Part shown: piece by piece, positions 20,448 through 30,858 of the stretch
Position numbering within the stretch: position 1 is the first letter of the stretch
How the letters are laid out: each line of letters starts with the position of its first letter
Notes under the pieces: model-generated
The model's input: the letters and a program-made list of their open reading frames with translations, nothing else
The model's database searches: none
Told to the model about the DNA's origin: nothing
Program-made: the position numbers and the translations under genes
Virus record (IMG/VR): IMGVR_UViG_3300016486_001578
Source of the DNA: a virus
Taxonomy: Duplodnaviria > Caudoviricetes
Length of the DNA: 64,000 bases
Direction: 5' to 3' (one strand)

Positions 20448-21136
20448 TGAAAAAGAATAGATTAAAAAATAAATTAATATTAGAATTTACTGAGTTTAAT
20501 GCACAGAGAATGGGCGCAACTAATGCGGATCTTGGTGCTCCTAATGTTGACAACCCTGGTTTATCAACTAATGCTTTTGATAAACACCAAGATTCTATAA
20601 GACAAGCTACTTCAAAGATTAATGATATTTTATTCAACATGAGAGGATCATCGGCATATTCTGGACTTAGAAGTAAACTAACACTAGATGAGCAGGATAT
20701 ACAAGGCATTAAAATATTAAAGATAGTTAAGGATAGTGTACATTATGATTTTTATATAACTATAATGATACAAGATATAAATTATTGGGGAAAAGTAAGT
20801 GATATATTTAGTCATGATCCAAAATTTACTTGTGAGGTTTTCAGGGATAATGATTTATATCAACCAAGAGAATGGGTAATAAAAACCAAAGGGTTGGTCA
20901 TAAAAACTATAAAAGAATGGTTAAAACCCGAGCCTGGTATTTATAAATTATTAAATAAAGAAGCTATTTGTTATTCTGTGGATATAGGTAGTCAATTAAA
21001 AATGACTGAGGGCATTGAGATTGAGTTAATAAGATCACATGATTATAAAATAATAGTTAAATTCGAAAATAAATATTATAATCTAGTAGATGATAATTAT
21101 ATTTACTTTAATTGGTGGTTTGAAAAAATAAATTAA
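20447..21136 (+). CDS. Hypothetical protein
   Basis: 229-aa ORF, translationally coupled; ILEFTEFN near the N-terminus. Confidence 0.7.
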   Translation: MKKNRLKNKLILEFTEFNAQRMGATNADLGAPNVDNPGLSTNAFDKHQDSIRQATSKINDILFNMRGSSAYSGLRSKLTLDEQDIQGIKILKIVKDSVHYDFYITIMIQDINYWGKVSDIFSHDPKFTCEVFRDNDLYQPREWVIKTKGLVIKTIKEWLKPEPGIYKLLNKEAICYSVDIGSQLKMTEGIEIELIRSHDYKIIVKFENKYYNLVDDNYIYFNWWFEKIN

Positions 21137-21140
21137 AATT

Positions 21141-21455
21141 ATGAGAATTAGAAAATTTAATGAATCAGAAGAAGTCGAATTATCACCAGAAAGACTAGGT
21201 GAGATTGTTGAGAGTTTAAGAGAATCACTTGACCTAATCGATAGTAACAACAAAAAAATGGATGCTTATTTAAATGAATTAAATAACTATAAAAATTCTT
21301 CTAAAAAAGGAAACGACCAAATCGACGATTCTATATCAGCATTACAAATAATAAAATCTAATTTAGTTGATTCTGTTGATAAAATAGACACAGTAATAGG
21401 TAATCTTATAAATTACGAAGAAGAAGGTCGTAAACATTTATATTCTGAAGATTAA
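21141..21455 (+). CDS. Hypothetical coiled-coil protein with MRIRKFNES motif
   Basis: 104-aa ORF. Confidence 0.7.
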   Translation: MRIRKFNESEEVELSPERLGEIVESLRESLDLIDSNNKKMDAYLNELNNYKNSSKKGNDQIDDSISALQIIKSNLVDSVDKIDTVIGNLINYEEEGRKHLYSED

Positions 21456-21998
21456 TTACTTATTAAACTTTAATTTGTAAATAGTTTTATAAATTAAACA
21501 AACTATATTATCCAATAAGCTATGTAGATGAGTATCTTCTAAACTTATACATTTTCTTGAATGTTTTACATAATCAGATAATTCCTCGAAATATACTATT
21601 GGTTCTTTTGACCTTGTTCCGGAGGTATCAATAATATCATAACCATCAACTATTCCGTGTTGTCCTTGATAAACCTCTATTAACTCATCAACCATCTCTA
21701 ATAAACTCTCGTAATATTCATTTAATGATATATGTTTAGAATATGAACCTTCATCACCACTTACTTGTAGGTGATATATATGTGCCATTTCTCTTGATTC
21801 AAATAATTTAGAGAATAATTTAACAACATCACTACATTCTTCTCCAACTATTGGTGATTCTTCTGTTTTAATCGGATAACTAGCACTTGGACCACCCACC
21901 GGCTCTTTAGTTTCATCAGTTTGAATTTCACCTATTACTAGGTCACTATCTTCGTTTATTTTATAAATACTTGGTTTTATGTTTGAAAATTTTTTCAT
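21456..21998 (-). CDS. Ferritin/Dps-like four-helix protein (phage type)
   Basis: AHIYHLQ...YSKHISLNEYYE...VDELIEVYQG...KTIYKLKF pattern. Confidence 0.65.
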   Translation of the reverse strand: MKKFSNIKPSIYKINEDSDLVIGEIQTDETKEPVGGPSASYPIKTEESPIVGEECSDVVKLFSKLFESREMAHIYHLQVSGDEGSYSKHISLNEYYESLLEMVDELIEVYQGQHGIVDGYDIIDTSGTRSKEPIVYFEELSDYVKHSRKCISLEDTHLHSLLDNIVCLIYKTIYKLKFNK

Positions 21999-22376
21999 TT
22001 ATTCGTCTTTATTTTTTAATTGGTCTAAGAATTTAAATATCTCTATACCATCATATCCCAGGGTTCTCATATCCGAATACCAATCCATTTCATCTTGTTT
22101 ATTTGGAGATATATCACCAAACTTCTCTTTATATTTTGATTCAATGTCTATGATATCTAATGATTCTGATATTAATGATGGGTCTATTCTTTCGTCTGTC
22201 TCACTAATGTCTAATATAGAATAAACAAACATATCATCAACGGATGATAATATTGAGTCTGATTTATAACCAGCTTCGCCAGTATTTTCCGCTTTTATTA
22301 TTAATTCAACTTCAACTTTTATCTTATAGAAGCCTTGATTTTCCGCGGTCTCTAATTTTTCGGTAAATTTTATCAT
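21999..22376 (-). CDS. Hypothetical protein
   Basis: 125-aa ORF with the TAATATATA motif upstream. Confidence 0.65.
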   Translation of the reverse strand: MIKFTEKLETAENQGFYKIKVEVELIIKAENTGEAGYKSDSILSSVDDMFVYSILDISETDERIDPSLISESLDIIDIESKYKEKFGDISPNKQDEMDWYSDMRTLGYDGIEIFKFLDQLKNKDE

Positions 22377-22447
22377 ATGTTATATATTAATAGTAAAAAA
22401 TAGACTTTGGTTTTTAATATATAAATCATAGAAAAAATATAAAATTT

Positions 22448-22702
22448 ATGAGATTTATCAAAAAATTTGAATCGTTTAGAGAATCTGTTACTTTGGCTGA
22501 GCCAAAAACACAACCAGGTACTAGTCCATCTCCAAAGACAAGACCAGGTACTAGACCAACTCCTAGGCCTAATAGACCTTCGCCAATAAGAAGAGATAGA
22601 CCAGCGGTTGAACCAGCACCAAAAGCAGAAGCAAAATTAAAAAAAGCAACAATTGAGAATGTAATTGAAAAATTTGCTAAATTAACAAAACAAGATATAT
22701 AA
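22448..22702 (+). CDS. Small Pro-rich protein with MRFIKKFESFRES motif
   Basis: PKTQPGT/PKTRPGT repeats. Confidence 0.7.
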   Translation: MRFIKKFESFRESVTLAEPKTQPGTSPSPKTRPGTRPTPRPNRPSPIRRDRPAVEPAPKAEAKLKKATIENVIEKFAKLTKQDI

Positions 22703-22706
22703 AAAT

Positions 22707-24139
22707 ATGAAAAATTTTAATAAGTTTTTAGAAGAAGTTTCGATAAAGGGTAATCCTGGTGTTCCCGGTGAGGGAGAAAATAAAGATGGTGATAAAGAAT
22801 ATTTATCTGATGTCGAAAAAAGAGCAAAGGATAGGTTAGGAATAACAAGACGAGATCACCCTCGTCAATATGGCCCCAGACTAATGCAATTGGTGGGACA
22901 ATCACAAAGATTGACTGCTGGAAAAGAAGAGGAATTAGAGAAGTTAGCACATGACATCATAGTTTCTAATTTTGGTGATATAATATTTGATGTTAAACTT
23001 GATATAAAATTAGTTAGGTCTGGTCAGGATGTTGCCGATTTTATGGAAGATGAGGGCGGAGGAGAACCAGAAGAACTTCCTGAGTTTGTTAATATAAAGG
23101 ATAATGAATTAATAAAGAGAATACATAAAGCTAAGTTAGGAAATAATATAATACAAGGTGAATCAAAAAATACAAAACATATACTACATAGTGATGAGGT
23201 AAAGGACGGATTGAAAGAAATATTTGGTGATGATAGTTATTCTATATTTTCTATGTGGGATGAGATAAGCAAATTGGCTGATAAAATGGATTGGTTAATA
23301 CCAATTGAAATAAAATCTGATATGATGGAGCAAGCACCAGAAGGAATGGCAGGTGCTGTTAATGTTGAGTGGGAACCAAAAGAAGAAAAAGAAGAGTCTG
23401 AGGATGAAGATGGTAATAAAGAAGGATCCGAAGAAGATTTTAATACTGAGGAACCTGATGAAATGGTTCCGGTAATAAAAGCAAGAGGTATTGATTTTCC
23501 TATGCTTTTACATGAGACTGTTAAAGGTATATATGAGCTTATTGCTTCTGTATCACAACCTGGTTTAGATGCTTCTGAGGAAGAAATAAAAAAGCACAAA
23601 CAGTTAAATTAAATGTTAGCTCATTTATGGACGAAGCAGAAGATTTTAGAACTGGTCCCGAAATAGCATCAGATTTTAGAGATTTTATAAATGAAAATCC
23701 AGATTCTTCATATAGTCCAAACATAAGAGCATTTGTTTTTGGTAAAATGATGGATGAGTCTTATATGAGCCCAGAAGAATTTTTAAAATTATTCAGAGGT
23801 ATATTAAATAAAAGTGACGAAGCTAGAAATAAAGTAGACTCTATTATAACAGAAATTGTTGATGAGTTGAAGAAATATGATCTTGGTGAGGTAATTGGCC
23901 ATGATGATGTTGATGATGAATTTGAATCTCCTGAGATCGATACAAAAGAAGAAACAGAAGTAGTTGACTATTCAGAATTGAGCCAAAGAAATTTACAAAA
24001 ATTAATTGATGATGCTTTAGATGATGGTGATTTCGATGAGGTTAAAAAATTAAGCGGTTATTTAACCGAGGGTAAAGAAATTTATCTAAAAGAATTAGAG
24101 TATATCAAAGAGGGATATAACTTACATACAAAAAAATAA
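22707..24139 (+). CDS. Acidic hypothetical protein; one gene with a -1 frameshift at A_AAA_AAG (23588-23594)
   Basis: ORF 22707..23612 continues in the -1 frame (AQTVKLNVSSF) into ORF 23627..24139. Confidence 0.65.
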
Positions 24140-24148
24140 AATATTATA

Positions 24149-26173
24149 ATGAAATTAAGTAGATATGACAATTTTTCAAATCTAAATCCAATTAATGAGA
24201 ATTTAGCAAAATCAAAGAAATTTCTTAAGAATAGATATACTTTAAGAAAGGCTGCAGAAAATTTAGGAATAATTGATGATGATTTATCATATAAAATTAA
24301 AGAGGGTGATATAAAAACATTAAGACTTTCTGATTTCCCTAGTGATAAACAAGCGGAATTGAAGTCTAAGATGAATGAAATAAGATTATCAGATGATGAA
24401 GTTAGAAATATTGAAAGAGATGATGAATTTTTAAAAATAAGGGAAGTTTTAAATAGTAACCCTGGATATTTATACCCGTTTGTTTATATGTATTATGTTG
24501 AGAAGACACCATTGGATGAAATAGAATCATTATATAAAGAAGTATTGGAGCAAAAACCGATTTTGGATAGATTAGAGTCGGAAATAGGTAAAAAATTTGA
24601 TATAAATTTTATTGATACTACTCTACCCAATGAATCTGAACACAGGACCAATTCTGAGTTATTAGTAGATGGGTTGGAAAAATTAAAGGATTATAAAAAA
24701 GTTAAAAAAATATTAAACACACTAACATCAAAACTCAAAAGAGCATATAAGGATGCTTCTGAGATGGATAAAAATGGAATGGTGGAGATAGCGGTTGCTT
24801 TTGATGATATACCAGAAACCCCAACAAAAGAAAAAGGATCAGATGGTAATTTTATAACAAAGAAAGAGAGAATTTGGAAAAATTTCTTTGGTGAGATGAA
24901 GAAAGACACTGATCCTGTATTTCCTAATGGTGAACCAAATCCTAAATTTGGTAAAATGGTTTATAAATCTAGACTTAGAAGATATGAATCTATGTCTAAT
25001 CCAATTAGGGAGTTGGTTAGATCAGCAAAAGCACATTTAGATGCCTCTATGAGTGATGGATATAATGATATGTTAGAAAAAATTGAAAAATGTAATGATA
25101 AACTTGGTATCCTAGGATGTGAAGTCAAATTTAATGAGCGTTCAATTATGATATTACAAATAAATTCATATCAAGCTAATAGAGCATTAAACTCACACAC
25201 AAACCATTGTATTGTTAATTATAATAATTATTGGGATTCTTATTTGGGTGATTATAACAAACAATATTACCTTTATAACTTTAATGTTTCTACTATGGAT
25301 GATTTATCAACAATAGGTGTTACAATAAAACCCGATAGAACTTGGCCAAGTGGTGGGTGTCAAAGTATGAGAAATAATGGAATCGGTCCTAGATTTAAAA
25401 ATATATTAAAAAATTGGGAAAAAGAATACGCCATAGAAGTTGACTTATTCGATCAATTAGAACCAATGACAGATGAGGAAATAGAAAAAAGAAAAAGAGC
25501 AAAGTTAGCGGAGAGAGAAATAGTAAAACCAGGACTTAGTATTGACCTTATAAAGCAATATGTTACTGAAGATGGTGCTGATATAAATAAAGATAACGCA
25601 GCGGCTCTAACAAACGCTGTTAACGAAGATGATTATGAAAAAGTTAAATTCTGTTTAACGCTTGGTGCTAATCCAAACTTATCTAAAAAATCAGACTCTC
25701 CAATAGCTAAGGCAAAGAATTTAGATATGATCAAATTATTGGTTACTTATAATGCCGAGATGGTTGGTCAAGTATTTGAAAATATAGTAAATGATATTGA
25801 TGCTTTAGAATATTGTTTAAAAGCAGGACTTGATCCAGATTTTGCTCAGTCTTTGCCATTTAGAAAAATCGCTAAGGGTTCTTGGAAGAGTAGAACGGAT
25901 ACCGGAATTGGATTTTTAGAACCATTTAAATTATTATTAAAATATGGAGCAAGTATAAAAGACGAGAGAGACAGAGATATGATATTAAAATGGGCAGCCG
26001 AATATAATAGAATGAATATATTAGAATATTTATTTAATGACTATGGCTATAAACCTACTAAAGATGGATTAAACGCAGCACTTAATTGGATGGCACACTC
26101 TAGAAAAATGACGGATGAAGACAAAGAAGTTATGGTTAAATATTTAAAAGATAAGATAGCAGAAATAGAATAG
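24149..26173 (+). CDS. Hypothetical protein with C-terminal ankyrin repeats
   Basis: GADIN...AL..AV..DDYEKVKFCLTLGANPN and LLLKYGAS...WAAEYNRMNILEYL. Confidence 0.75.
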   Translation: MKLSRYDNFSNLNPINENLAKSKKFLKNRYTLRKAAENLGIIDDDLSYKIKEGDIKTLRLSDFPSDKQAELKSKMNEIRLSDDEVRNIERDDEFLKIREVLNSNPGYLYPFVYMYYVEKTPLDEIESLYKEVLEQKPILDRLESEIGKKFDINFIDTTLPNESEHRTNSELLVDGLEKLKDYKKVKKILNTLTSKLKRAYKDASEMDKNGMVEIAVAFDDIPETPTKEKGSDGNFITKKERIWKNFFGEMKKDTDPVFPNGEPNPKFGKMVYKSRLRRYESMSNPIRELVRSAKAHLDASMSDGYNDMLEKIEKCNDKLGILGCEVKFNERSIMILQINSYQANRALNSHTNHCIVNYNNYWDSYLGDYNKQYYLYNFNVSTMDDLSTIGVTIKPDRTWPSGGCQSMRNNGIGPRFKNILKNWEKEYAIEVDLFDQLEPMTDEEIEKRKRAKLAEREIVKPGLSIDLIKQYVTEDGADINKDNAAALTNAVNEDDYEKVKFCLTLGANPNLSKKSDSPIAKAKNLDMIKLLVTYNAEMVGQVFENIVNDIDALEYCLKAGLDPDFAQSLPFRKIAKGSWKSRTDTGIGFLEPFKLLLKYGASIKDERDRDMILKWAAEYNRMNILEYLFNDYGYKPTKDGLNAALNWMAHSRKMTDEDKEVMVKYLKDKIAEIE

Positions 26174-26226
26174 CAAATTCTATAATTTTGATTTTATACA
26201 TTGGTATATTATCAACTGAAGTAATA

Positions 26227-27417
26227 TCAGGTTTTATCTATAATAGAATTAAATACTGTATAATTTTTATTTATAATAAATAAAAAATTATATCCTAATT
26301 CTATACACTTTTTCTTTTTTTCTTGATTTTTTTCATAGTATTTATTATAATAATAGCTAGATTTTATCTCAATAATTAAATTAAATTTACCAATATAAAA
26401 ATCTGGAAAATATTTTTTATTATTTCCATAAAATTGATAATCTAAACAGGGGCCTCTCTCTATTTCATTTATTATGTTTATACTACTTGAATGATCTAAG
26501 AAGTCCTTTTCGTATGTTCCTTGGTAATATAAGTTATTATTATATTTTGATATTTTTCTTGAATTTTTTTGTTGTTTACTAAAAAACTCTAATACTTGCA
26601 TAGGGTATTCAACACCATATCTATCTAAATTGGTTTGTTTTAATCTATTTTTAGATTCATCGGTCATGGAGTTAGATATGTATCCATATTTTTTCAACAT
26701 GGATTTCACCTTCTTATCCTTTATAATTTTTGATTTATTTGGACTATCAAACCCATATTTATATAAACTAGTTATTTTTGATTTTTCTCTGAAATCATTA
26801 GTATTCATATATGAGTGTTTATTATATTTATTTATACATGTATTTCGTCTATTAATCTTTACCTTTTCGCTTTTCCTAGAATCCTCAACACCATATCTCT
26901 CTAAATTGGTTTTCTTAGTTTTCTCTATTGTTAATTTAGATTGTAGAGAACACACAACACCATATCTCTCTAAATTGGTTTTCTTAGTTTTCTCCATGTT
27001 GTTGTAATTCTCATCACCATATCTTTCTAATTTAGTCTTCTTGGTCTTTTTAATATTTTGGTAATTCTCATCACCATATCTTTCTAATTTAGTCTTCTTG
27101 GTCTTTTTAATATTTTGGTAATTCTCATCACCATATCTTTCTAATTTAGTCTTCTTATTTTTGAATACAGCACAACTATTTGAGCATGAATATATATTAT
27201 ATTTTTTTATATTTTTTATATAACTATTGAATTGTAATTTCTTTATATTACCGCATATATCACATTCTACATTTACTAATATATTAGAACCTAGCCATAA
27301 ATCATTAGTGCCTATTATTACTTTGTCGCCTATTTTGGATAATATATTAATTTTTTTTAATTTAGATATTGTTACTGATGACTTAACATGTATCTCAATC
27401 CTTTTATCTAATATCAT
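26227..27417 (-). CDS. Putative homing endonuclease with KT(N/K)LERYG repeats and C-terminal PD-(D/E)XK domain
   Basis: CDICG, multiple ERYG repeats, YFPDFYI...IIEIKS. Confidence 0.75.
   Translation of the reverse strand: MILDKRIEIHVKSSVTISKLKKINILSKIGDKVIIGTNDLWLGSNILVNVECDICGNIKKLQFNSYIKNIKKYNIYSCSNSCAVFKNKKTKLERYGDENYQNIKKTKKTKLERYGDENYQNIKKTKKTKLERYGDENYNNMEKTKKTNLERYGVVCSLQSKLTIEKTKKTNLERYGVEDSRKSEKVKINRRNTCINKYNKHSYMNTNDFREKSKITSLYKYGFDSPNKSKIIKDKKVKSMLKKYGYISNSMTDESKNRLKQTNLDRYGVEYPMQVLEFFSKQQKNSRKISKYNNNLYYQGTYEKDFLDHSSSINIINEIERGPCLDYQFYGNNKKYFPDFYIGKFNLIIEIKSSYYYNKYYEKNQEKKKKCIELGYNFLFIINKNYTVFNSIIDKT
27004..27156. repeat. 57-nt exact tandem repeat, about 2.7 copies, inside the endonuclease gene
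   Basis: Units start at 27004, 27061 and 27118 and encode KKTKLERYGDENYQNIKKT. Confidence 0.9.
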
Positions 27418-28106
27418 TTCTCTATTTCTTTTATTTTTACTTTACAAGCAAAAATTGAATCTATTATATCTTCAATTGGGTTAGGTATACTTTTCCTATC
27501 TAATAAATGTATATAATCTTTAAGCATTTTATTTATTGGTGTTGATATATTTCCATCTAGTATAGCTTTATACATTTCATGCTTTTTGAATGATCCACCA
27601 GCCACACCATCATTATTCGTATAAATGAGTTTTGGCTTTCTTATACCAATATCTATTGGTTTATAAGATAGTTTACATGCCTCTAATTTCAGTGAACTTG
27701 GTGATATTATACTCATTTCTAATCTTGGTATATTTTTTAATAAATAAGATCTTATTAAAGTAGAAAATGATACTATATCTAATATAGATGATGTGTTTTT
27801 TGAAAAGGAATACCCCTCAATTTGACAATATGTATTTTCATTTATATTTATATATTTATTACATTTATCCAAAATCATGGTAGCTACTTCATCATAATGT
27901 CTCAATTTTATTACTTCATTTTCTGAATAATTTTTGGATTTCCGCCTATTTATGTGCTCAAATTCAACACCATGGTTATTTAATTCTTTTATGTAAACAT
28001 TATTATCTTTTTTGTTAGTAAATGATATAATTTTCATGCCCTTATCACTTTCTATATAAATAGCAGTACTATTTATACTTATATCAATTCCTATATAATT
28101 ATTCAT
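27414..28106 (-). CDS. RuvC-like (RNase H fold) Holliday junction resolvase
   Basis: Likely start MNNYIGIDIS at 28106; IEGYSF, SPSSLK and EDIIDS acidic motifs. Confidence 0.7.
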   Translation of the reverse strand: MNNYIGIDISINSTAIYIESDKGMKIISFTNKKDNNVYIKELNNHGVEFEHINRRKSKNYSENEVIKLRHYDEVATMILDKCNKYININENTYCQIEGYSFSKNTSSILDIVSFSTLIRSYLLKNIPRLEMSIISPSSLKLEACKLSYKPIDIGIRKPKLIYTNNDGVAGGSFKKHEMYKAILDGNISTPINKMLKDYIHLLDRKSIPNPIEDIIDSIFACKVKIKEIEK

Positions 28107-28325
28107 AATTTTAATTTTTCTTTTATATATTAAATTTGAAATATTAAAATTATAGCACAATTGTTGATGAATTAATTGATATACATAAAATAAAAAATCC
28201 CCTAATTTCTTAGAGGATTTCTTAGGGCTGATAAATCAACTACCACCACTTTGTTTTAAAAAACAAAGAAAAATAAATGCTAATTAATTAACATTCCTAT
28301 TTTATAGGATAAATATCTTGGAAGT

Positions 28326-28496
28326 TTATTTTTTGCTCTCTTCAACAGATGCTTGTCTATAAGGCGTTACTAATTTTTTAATTTCACCTAATGCTTTTCT
28401 AGCTCTCGTTCCTGCTACTTTAGTAGTTCCGTTATGGTTAGATTCGAATTCTTCCCATAGTTTGCTTAATTGTTCAAAGTTTTCTTGTGTTGTCAT
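28326..28496 (-). CDS. Histone H1-like (Hc1-type) small DNA-binding protein, 56 aa, absent from the supplied ORF track
   Basis: MTTQENFEQLSKLWEEFESNHNGTTKVAGTRARKALGEIKKLVTPYRQASVEESKK; K.AGTRARK...E+KKL...R..S motif. Confidence 0.75.
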   Translation of the reverse strand: MTTQENFEQLSKLWEEFESNHNGTTKVAGTRARKALGEIKKLVTPYRQASVEESKK

Positions 28497-28547
28497 TTTA
28501 TTTTATTTTTTTTTTATAACCACTTTTGTGTGGTTTATTTGTTTTGA

Positions 28548-29786
28548 TTATCCGAAAATATCTTCTGCGTCTGATATATCTGAAAATCCATTTGTCTCGT
28601 CTTCTTCGTCTTCTTCGATGGCTTTGTTGAAATTTTTCTCGACTTCTTCAATTTCATCGATTGATTTGAATCTGAAATAATCATTTACGATAGGTTCCAT
28701 TTTTTCTAAAACTTCTTGTGTGAATATTTCTGGTGTAAATAATTTTTTTAATGTGAATGATTTATCTAAATGTCTAACATACCATCTATTACCACCTGGT
28801 GTGAATGTAAATTCGCCTGTTTTTTTATCTACTAATGCTTTTCCTTTAGCAATTCCTATTTCTTCGAAAAACTCTGGTCTACAAAAAGCATCTAACCCAG
28901 TATATGCATTCATACCATTAGCAAATGATATATTAAATCTAATTTTTTTAGGCTTCGCTAATCTATTCTTTATTGTTTTAAACAATACACTAATTCCTGA
29001 TGATCCTAAATCCATATCATCTTCTTCTCCAGTTTTTAATTTAGATTTTGACATCATTCCTATTACTGATGAGGAATATAGAAGTCCGTTTCCTCCTTTC
29101 ATTACTGCTCTTGGAAATAAATCCATAGTTAAGTATGTATGGTTAGCTACTAATAATGGTATATCTAAAAATCCTAAGTCAGTGCTTATACTTCTAAATA
29201 GAGAACCAAATGCTTTAGCCTTCGTCATATCTTGTTTAACATCTCCTTTTAATAAATCCGCCTTTTCTTTATTGGATGCCATTTGTCCAAGTGAATCTAA
29301 AATAATCATTAATTTTGGTAATTCAAATCCGGACATTTTTTGGCTTTTTAAATCATCTATTAATTGTGATAATACCATATTTATATCTTCCACTTTATTA
29401 GATCTGATTAGTCTAAATTTATCGAGTGAATTATCAACTCCATATTTTGGTAAATCTTCCAAATCAATAGCTTGTTCTGTGTCTATGTATATTACCGAGT
29501 ATCCAGCTTTTTGTGCATGTTTGGCACAAGAATAGCACATAAATGATTTTCCTGCTCCGGACTCACCAGCAAATACACTAATTCTATTTGTTGCAACACC
29601 ACCTTTTAATAATCTACCGGACATTGCCGCATCGACTATATAAACTCCTGTTGTTATAAACTTCTTTTCTTTTATTTCCTTTTCTATTGTAATCGGTACT
29701 GATTTTGCAATATTATCCAATATTGTTCCGATTTTACTGAATTCGAATTTTTTATTTGCCTTAGTTGCTTTAGCTATTTTTGCCAT
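28548..29786 (-). CDS. recA: RecA/UvsX recombinase
   Basis: AGESGAGKS, YIDTE, ILDSLG, ANHTY, GGNGLLYSSS and KNR; uninterrupted. Confidence 0.92.
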   Translation of the reverse strand: MAKIAKATKANKKFEFSKIGTILDNIAKSVPITIEKEIKEKKFITTGVYIVDAAMSGRLLKGGVATNRISVFAGESGAGKSFMCYSCAKHAQKAGYSVIYIDTEQAIDLEDLPKYGVDNSLDKFRLIRSNKVEDINMVLSQLIDDLKSQKMSGFELPKLMIILDSLGQMASNKEKADLLKGDVKQDMTKAKAFGSLFRSISTDLGFLDIPLLVANHTYLTMDLFPRAVMKGGNGLLYSSSVIGMMSKSKLKTGEEDDMDLGSSGISVLFKTIKNRLAKPKKIRFNISFANGMNAYTGLDAFCRPEFFEEIGIAKGKALVDKKTGEFTFTPGGNRWYVRHLDKSFTLKKLFTPEIFTQEVLEKMEPIVNDYFRFKSIDEIEEVEKNFNKAIEEDEEDETNGFSDISDAEDIFG

Positions 29787-29888
29787 AGATTATTATTTCT
29801 TTTTACATATATATTAAGTTTTATTCCCCCCTTTCGATGTTAATTATTTAATCTTGAAAGGGGGTATAGATTTTTTATATATACCATA

Positions 29889-30605
29889 ATGACTAAAGTA
29901 GAATTCCTAAAAAGGGCAAGAAAAATACATGGATATAAGTATTATTATGTTGATTTGGTTGATAAAATAATATTAAAAGACACCATTAGTATGGTATTTG
30001 GTGGTGATTTATTCACACAGCGAGTATCTAAGCACCTTATGGGCAAATGTCCTGAGAAATCTATTAAAAAGAAGACAACCGAATCTTTTATAAAAGAATC
30101 CATATCAATATGGGGTGATAAATATGATTATTCTATTACTGAATATAATGGTTCTTTGAATAATGTTGAAATTATATACAAGGGAGTAAAATATAAACAA
30201 CGAGCTTCATCACATCTATTGGGTATGGCTCCGGAGTTTAGAAAAACCGATGAATCAAGGAGATATGATAAGATAAAAATATTTAATGAAGTCGGATATG
30301 AAGAAATAGAAGGATTCTTGAATAAGTATAATATTAATTATAAAAAGAAATTTAAAATCGACAAAATTGAATTTGATTATTATTTAATCGATAATAGAAC
30401 AATAATAGAATTTAGAGGAAGGCACCATTTTGAGCCTATTGATAATTTAGGAGGTACAAAAACATTGAGTGATATAAAGAAGTTAGATTTAGAAAAAGAA
30501 GAATGTTGTGAAGATAATTACTTGAATTTAATAAAAATTAAATATGATCAAATCGATTATGTTTATGGTATATTGTGGGATAATTTGAAAAAATTCTACA
30601 AATAA
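29889..30605 (+). CDS. Putative homing endonuclease (HG.KY.Y repeats plus Vsr/PD-(D/E)XK-like domain)
   Basis: FLKRARKIHGYKYYY and WGDKYDYS repeats; FDYYL...IIEFRGRHH. Confidence 0.7.
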   Translation: MTKVEFLKRARKIHGYKYYYVDLVDKIILKDTISMVFGGDLFTQRVSKHLMGKCPEKSIKKKTTESFIKESISIWGDKYDYSITEYNGSLNNVEIIYKGVKYKQRASSHLLGMAPEFRKTDESRRYDKIKIFNEVGYEEIEGFLNKYNINYKKKFKIDKIEFDYYLIDNRTIIEFRGRHHFEPIDNLGGTKTLSDIKKLDLEKEECCEDNYLNLIKIKYDQIDYVYGILWDNLKKFYK

Positions 30606-30845
30606 TTATCCAAATCCAAAAAAAGAATGATCATCAGGATCTGTATTTTCTTTAATTTGTTTTATTTCTTTTTCGCTTAAATTATGTATTGCCCATTTTG
30701 CTCCATTTATGAAAGCACTTTGTTTTGTAAATGTTCCAAAATTTCTCATACTATATGCCGCGTTGCTTATTTTCAAGTTAATTTCCTTTGTTAGGTCTTC
30801 TTTTATTAGGCTAACTTCTTGGTTATATTTCTTTATATGTTTCAT
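30606..30845 (-). CDS. Hypothetical protein
   Basis: 79 aa; MKHIKKYN start; AFINGAKW motif. Confidence 0.6.
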   Translation of the reverse strand: MKHIKKYNQEVSLIKEDLTKEINLKISNAAYSMRNFGTFTKQSAFINGAKWAIHNLSEKEIKQIKENTDPDDHSFFGFG

Positions 30846-30858
30846 TTTTTTTTTCTAT

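Noticed and set aside
27414-28160. ORF-track TTG start at 28160 for the RuvC-like gene
   Set aside because: The extension spans the TAATATATA motif; ATG 28106 directly precedes the catalytic IGID strand.
28720-29535. Long antisense ORFs (also 15358..15945, 50970..51548, 1467..1898 and others)
   Set aside because: Shadow frames of well-supported genes on the opposite strand, with no motifs.
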